A DNA stretch of 64,000 nucleotides, taken from contig NC_042999.1 of NCBI RefSeq assembly GCF_006345805.1, forward strand, positions 103,540,001 to 103,604,000. Reading direction: 5' to 3'. Within the stretch, counting starts at the first letter, position 1. Each line of letters opens with the position of its first letter. This document shows positions 57,804 to 64,000 of the stretch, one piece after another. A model generated the notes under the pieces. That model did not search any database. It was not told where the DNA came from and was given only the letters and a program-made list of their open reading frames with translations. This stretch comes from Octopus sinensis. Taxonomy: Eukaryota. Both the position numbers and the translations under genes were made by a program.

Positions 57804-58087
57804 GAACTCCTTGGTTTGGATTTGAAAACACTGAAAGTGGGAGCATACCCTTTCGGCTTCTTATCGCTTCTGAAGATCTGCTCGAAACTAACAGTGCCAG
57901 CAAACCCAAAATATGCAAGCGAAGAATTTCTGCTCTCCCCTTTCCACCAGCGTGGGTTAAAATCAGTAAACACTATGCTTTTTCGGTAAAATCCGAAGCA
58001 TTAAATAGAGAGAGATGAATTATAATTTTGGCTACTATTTCTAATGAGTTCAGTATGTGGCAAAGTAATTTATTTTACTAAGCCTTT

Positions 58088-58201
<114 letters not shown>

Positions 58202-58286
58202 ATAAGGGTGAAAAGGAACACACGAGTTGATATATATGAAAAACAAGTCAAAAATAGAAAATGCTAAAATAATTTTATAGTGAACA

Positions 58287-58330
58287 TTTCAGTACCGGTT
58301 TCGGTCATTTTGAGACCTTTTCAACTGTAA
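58287..58330 (-). ncRNA. Type I hammerhead ribozyme motif, U3-A8 core variant
   Basis: Minus strand: CAG-TTGAAAA-GGTC(tcaaaat)GACC-GAAA-CCGGT-A-CTG. Stem I CAG/CTG, stem II GGTC/GACC, palindromic stem III ACCGGT, GUA cleavage triplet. Confidence 0.8.
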
Positions 58331-59030
58331 CGATTAAATAATTAAATTTAGAAAAAATTAGAAGAAAAGTTTTTTTAAAGGAATATTTCTATAGTAGTGT
58401 TCAGATATAAGTAGCATTCTGCCTTTCTCTGACTTCCTTGTTTGCACTTGTGTGTTGGAGGTCGTTGTGAGTTCTTGGTAGGGTAGTAGAGGAAGAAGGC
58501 TGATGAGGAAAGGGGGTGGGAGAATCTGGGAGTGCCCTGATGGTCGTATTTTGAATGGTCAGTGGCGGCTGGCAGTCGCAGTTCAATTCAGGAGAATATT
58601 TCTATTGAAAGGCTTGTTTATAGAATTTGCGTAGGTGTTATACTAAAAAACATTAGTGACAAAGTTAAGGGGTAGAAGGTGGAGAAGTAGAAGAAGAAGA
58701 AGAAGAAGAAGAAGAAGAAGAAGAAGACGATGTTGATGATGATGATGATGAAGAAGAAGGAGAAGGAGAAGGAGAAGATGACGATGATGGTGATGGTGGT
58801 GATGGTTATGACGACGATGATGATGATAATGATGATGATGAAGAAGAAGAGGAAGAAGAAGAAAAAACAGAGAAGGGAGAATATGAATGGGTTGAAGTAG
58901 TGAGGTGTTGTATGACTTGAAGTTGGCATGTTATGGATTATAGCTGTGTTTTTAGCTGTGATTAGTAATGGATTCTTTGGAATGTAATATTTGTGTGTGA
59001 ATATTTCTTTTATTCTAAAGTTGAGGTATA

Positions 59031-61423
59031 TTAATTGTTTGTCGTAGACCCGTTAAGAAGTGGCCTGTATTTTGCAATAAAGAGAGTTTCTTTACTTATT
59101 CGTTGTCTCGAGGTTGTATCGTCCCTAAATTGGTAGAGGGGGAAATCCTGAAGCTTGGTGTTTTTTTGTTGGCGCAAGTATCTATGTGTTGGCTAAAAGC
59201 TATTTTTCTGTTTTGGGGAATTTTTATCTGGGATCTGTGCAGGGCCATTCGTTTACGCAAACTATTTTTTGTTTGGCCTATGTACTGCTCTTGACACCCG
59301 GAACAGGTTAGTGAGTATATTAGGTTCTCCGAAGCACATGTGAAGTTGCTTTCCACTGTAAACCGTTGTCCCTGTTTGAAGGAGAACTCTGATCCCTCAA
59401 TTAGATAGTCGCATATCCCGCAATTGGGTCTTCCACATTTTTTTACTGTCGGCTTCTGTGTTGAAGAGTGAATTCGGGCTTGTGTTAGGAGACTTTTCAT
59501 GGATTTAGGCTGTCTCTTGCTTTTTATGATCGTGTGTGTTTGGAGGATTGTGTTCATTCTGTGGTCTTTTTTTAGGAGGGGTACGTTGTGGAGGATGGTG
59601 CCGAAGGCTTCGTTATTGAGAGGGTTGTGTGTGGAGATGTATGGTAAGGCTTTTGGTTGTAAGTTTTTCTTTGATTTGGGATGTCTCAGTTCCTTGATGT
59701 TAAGTTGAAGGGCACGTTGAATGCACTTGTCAATAAGTGAAGGTGGATAGTTCCTGGTGATAAGGGTATCTTTTAGTTCTTGTAGTCGTGTGTCTCTGGT
59801 GTTTGCGTTCGAGACTATAGTGCATATCCTTTTTGCTAGGTTGAAGGGGATATTCATCCTGGTGTGTCTGGGGTGGCATGAATTGAATGGAAGATATTGC
59901 TTAGAGTCTGTGGGCTTATAATATATGTCTGTTTCTATTATATTATTAGCTTTCTTAATGATGATATCGAGGAAGGGGAGTTGTTGCTGGCTATATTTCA
60001 TCGTGAATTGGATGTTTACGTCCAGTCCGTTTAAAATTTCCTGGAATTCTATGAGTTTTTCTATATTTTTATGCCAAAGGATGAAACAGTCATCTAGATA
60101 TCTCTTCCAGTTGTTTTCTATGTAGATGGAGAAAGGGCTGGCATATCTTTCTAGAACCTTACGATACAGACTGATCTCTAGATATCTTATGACTAGGTTG
60201 GCAAAGGAGGGGGCCATTCGTGTACCCATCGCAGTCCCCGATTTTTGTCGGTAGAAGTTGTCATTGAAGGCGAAGAAGTTATTTTCCAGGATGAATTTAA
60301 CCCCTTCTATCACGAATTCTTTTTTGATGCGATGTGGTAGTTCGTTGGCGTGATTTTCTAGCCAGAATTGGATTACCTCTAGTCCTAGGTTGTGGGGGAT
60401 ATTGGAGTAGAAGTTGACTACATCGAAGGATACCAGTATGGTGTTTTTGTTTATAGTATTCGGTAGGTGATTGAGCATATCTAAGTCGTCCCTTATATAG
60501 CTTTTGACATGTTTTAGGAGTGGTTTTAACAGGGTGTCTAAAAAGTTACTGAGGCGGTGGGTTTCGCATGCGGGACCTGCTATTATGGGTCTCAATTTGA
60601 GGTCATTAGGATTAGGGACTTTAATTATTTTGTCTGCATGCGTTGCTTATTTTCTCACTTTTGTGGATCTTAGGTATACCGTAGAATTGGCTGGTTTTGC
60701 TTGTGAAATTGGTCATATAATCATATTCTTTGTCGGTGAGCCCTGCTTTGTATGGGTTTAATATGGATTTTAGTTCCCTCATTATTTTTTGTTGACTGTA
60801 GTTTTGTGCCTTTTCATAGTATGTTGTGTCTTTCAGCATAGAAAGTACCAAAGTTATGTAAAATGTCGTATCCATTAAGACAACAGCACTCCCTTTATCG
60901 GCCTCTTTGATTGTTATTGTTTTATCTAGTTTTATTTGTTCAACTCAGCCCATTCTTTTTGCTGAAGTTTGGTTTGTGTTTTTGTTTGTGCATATGTTGA
61001 TATGGGTAATTTGATATGTGGTCACAGAAATCATCAAGTGTTTTGTTCTTACCTTTCGAGGGGGTGTAGTTACTCCTATTTCTGGCTAACGATTCGTCCT
61101 CGTTGTATTTATCGTATAGCTCCTCAGTAAGTCTTAATTTTCGCAGAATTCTGCGATGTCTTCTTTCATTTCATTGTAGTTGGGGTGTTGTGGGGTGGGT
61201 GTAAACTTGAGTCCTTTGGAAAGTATGTTTATTTGGTTTGTGCGTTAGTTCCTTGTGAGTTAGATTGATAATTTTTATTACTTTTGGTTCCTCCTGCTTG
61301 TTTGGTGCTATCTTGTGTCTCTTGTTTGCGTATTGGGTCTAAAAAATGAATGCGGTGGTTGGGACGGTAGCTACTATATAGTTGTTCTTTGTTGATGTGG
61401 GGTCTCCTGTTGATGTGGGGTCT

Positions 61424-61426
<3 letters not shown>
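59031..61426 (-). mobile_element. Penelope-like retroelement (RT + C-terminal GIY-YIG endonuclease), near-complete coding region with frameshifts, 5' end in (TA)n
   Basis: ORF 59096-60595 has RPIIAGP, SFDVVNFYSNIP, GTAMGTRMAPSFANL, RYLDDCF, LPFLDI, SCHP, a CGRPNCGIC linker and NLIYSLTCSGCQEQYIGQT...H. Upstream frameshifted pieces read LSKGLKFTPTP, KLRL.E, IKEADKGSAVVLMD and FYGIPKIHK. The C-terminus KETLFIAKYRPLLN and its stop (59031-59033) follow a frameshift in a C-run. An 18-bp tandem duplication lies at the 5' junction (61391-61426). Confidence 0.95.
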
Positions 61427-61482
<56 letters not shown>

Positions 61483-61565
61483 TCGTGTACATCAATTAAA
61501 AATCGCGCAAGAGGTTTCTTGTACTTACCGCTACATGTCCAGCAAATTCGAGAATATATGTGTAC

Positions 61566-61628
<63 letters not shown>

Positions 61629-62322
61629 ACCCTCCTTCTTCCCTTCCTTCCTGAGCGTCCAATAATACTATATTTGTTCCACGTCCTCGCGTTGTTGTGT
61701 GTTCATGTTTGGATTAACTTTATATATATACGTACATATATATTTTTACCTTTCAATTCCCAAATGTAGCTACTAACTCCTGTAGAGTTCACTTTACTTC
61801 TATTTCTGAAACTAAATTGTTGGAAATTGTATCTAAAACTGCCAACTCTTTTTACGCGCGGTAAATTTCCCCTTTCGATCTTATTGTTTTTCTATGCACT
61901 CTTCAAACCTATACATTATTCCGGTACATAGTCCATTTACACCAAATCGTACATACTCTACATATGAGCTTTACCCTTATATTACGACTTCCATTGAAAA
62001 TATACGAGCTAACTTACAACCTATGAATTAGTGCCACATAGGTCTATAGAACAACACTGGATATCCCCAATAGCGATAACTCCCTTGGAGTACACCGGCG
62101 CTAAACTAGCCGAGCCTACGGACACGTGTAAGCTATGTTAATAACTAATTATGAGACTTTAGATTCGACTAACTCTCTTCTCATCTATCCTACAACTGAT
62201 TTGTTGAACTTTGAATCTAACTAAAATGTAAGACTATCGAATTATTGAACATTTTCTTTTTCCTGTTTTTTCCTTACACTTTCTTTCTCTCTATTCTCTT
62301 TTTGTTTATTTTTGCCTTTTTC

Positions 62323-62399
62323 GTTCTGATGATGTCTATCAATTACAACGAGGTAAATACATATTTACCCCAGCCTGATATACGGAAACAGCTGTAAAC
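62323..62399 (+). ncRNA. Type I hammerhead ribozyme motif
   Basis: GTT-CTGATGA (62326-62332)-TGTCTATCA...(inner GGTAAATA/TATTTACC hairpin)...TGATATACG-GAAA-CAGCTGT-A-AAC. Palindrome ACAGCTGT, GUA triplet, short 3-bp stem I. Confidence 0.75.
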
Positions 62400-63034
62400 T
62401 TACTCTAACATACTCTCATCTTACTTAATTAAATAATGGCTTTATAACACCACTTCTCATTGTTATTTATTTCTCCATTTTCTTATCGGCTTTAGATATA
62501 TATTAAACTACGGTTTACCTTTTAAATTACCTACAACTGTATACCTCATAACAAGGATCATACATACTGAGGTAATTACCAGCAGTACCTCTTGATACAT
62601 CTACCCCTTAGATGTTTTAATATCTCTAACATATCTTATATATATACAAAAAGCAATAAAGATTCAAGTCAATTTTAATGAATTTACTTGAATATGGTAC
62701 CTAACTTAGATGCACCAAAAAACTATACGGTTTTAACAATACAGTAATGTGGGGTGATTATAAGCGAGAAAGAAGCAACAAGAATGGATAAGTTTTTAGT
62801 ACAATCGTTTCATACAAAGACAGGCTTTATTAAAAGTTGCAAAAATTGCAGCATATAAACGTGTCCCGTACTCATCAGCTAAAATACATGTGAGTTCCCT
62901 AGACATCTTAGTGGTTGAAGCTATACTCATGAAGTAATGTAGATAATTAAGTAACATAAACAGATTTCCAAAGTTCATTAAAGTTCTTTAAAGATGATGT
63001 ACAGTCTTATCACAGATTTTAAAAAAAGTTTTAA

Positions 63035-63325
63035 TAGCATCACAGAGAAGGTGACTTAATCCATAGTGTACATATGAATTTCCAGAGATATGAGGAGGGA
63101 TTACATACTCACAGACAACAAATTTATCCATGGCTAATCACAACGAGGTGGGTATCAATTCCTGCTTATTAGCATTACAGAGAGGGTGAGTTAATCCTTT
63201 GTATAGATGCACAATTTCCAATGGTGTAGATGTAAATTTCCAGAGAAATGAAGAGGAATTTCATATTCACAGACGATAAATTTATCAATGGTTGAACACA
63301 ATGAGGTAGGTATCAATTCTTGCTA
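63035..63325 (+). repeat. Diverged tandem dimer (~135 and ~155 bp units)
   Basis: TAGCAT.ACAGAGA.GGTGA.TTAATCC...AATTTCCAGAGA.ATGA...CACAGAC...AAATTTATC.ATGG...GAGGT.GGTATCAATT occurs twice. Confidence 0.75.
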
Positions 63326-64000
63326 TATGATTAGGTATTTGCCACATTAATCACATTACTGCTATTTTCAAGAGACTGTAGCTATATAACTTTTAAAGGC
63401 TGAAGGGCTTTCTAGAAATGCAAAGAACAGAAAGGGAAGGAAAGAGAGGAAAAGAGAGAAAATAAAGGAGGAGGGAGCAAAAAGGGGGGGAGACTAAAAG
63501 AGAAGAGAAAAGGAAAAAGAAAAAAGAAAAAAGAGAATAAGAAGAAGAAAAAAAAGAGAAAAGAGAAAGAAAAGAAAGAGGGAAAGAAGGGAGAAAAGAA
63601 AAAGAAGAAGAGGGTTCTAGTTATACAGAAGAATTAGTAGACGGCAAGTCTGGTTTTAATTTGCAGGCATCTAGGAACTAGAGGAGAATATTATTCCTTG
63701 ACCAGTAAAACAGCTAATTTATTGCTAACGTGACGCCGTTGAAAGCAGCTATGAATTTAAAGAGAATCTAAAGAGATAACAAGGTCAGGGGCATAGGGGT
63801 CAAAGGCTAAAATCAAAAGAAAATACATTAGGAAAATCTAAGTATAATCTTATCAAAAAGTCATTAAAATTTATTTATTTAATTTATTCTTTTTACTGTC
63901 TTAAGGAGTTGCCGTTATTATTCATACATTGACGGACTACAGGTCAAATCTTAGAAGATCATTTACAAGGTGTTAGGGAATTGTCTATCATAATGAAGAT

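Noticed and set aside
56343-58025. CRISPR-like or protein-coding interpretation of the tandem array
   Set aside because: No unique spacers; the 100-aa and 65-aa ORFs overlap on opposite strands and match no family I recognise.
60596-60640. Selenocysteine read-through in the PLE ORF
   Set aside because: The break is a frameshift giving TAA, not an in-frame TGA, and the linker/EN cysteines are normal Cys codons.

Overview
AT-rich, microsatellite-saturated animal genomic DNA; the SINE and repeat content suggests an octopus (inference). Only one host coding exon is supported: 37886-38052 (+), the N-terminal extracellular exon of a nicotinic acetylcholine receptor-like Cys-loop channel. The rest is intronic or intergenic DNA filled with transposon material: tRNA-derived SINEs, LINE relics (Tx1/L1, R4/Dong, RTE), a Tc1 element, a mariner MITE, a Crypton-like piece and several Penelope-like elements (PLEs), one with near-complete RT + GIY-YIG coding sequence. 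The main hidden signal is a set of type I hammerhead ribozyme (HHR) motifs read by eye: ten well-formed copies in eight distinct sequence contexts, plus several relics. Nearly all have a different but self-complementary stem III (ACGT, ACCGGT, ACACGTGT, ACGATCGT, ACGTACGT, ACAGCTGT, ACAATGCATTGT), the signature of dimer-dependent HHRs. They occur in (TA)n-anchored fold-back elements, in a 3 x ~559 bp retrozyme-like tandem array, downstream of a tRNA-type Pol III promoter, and as a U3-A8 core covariant. PLE-associated HHRs are established biology. These particular arrangements may be undescribed, but that and any cleavage activity could not be tested here. Almost all ORF-track entries are microsatellite artefacts.
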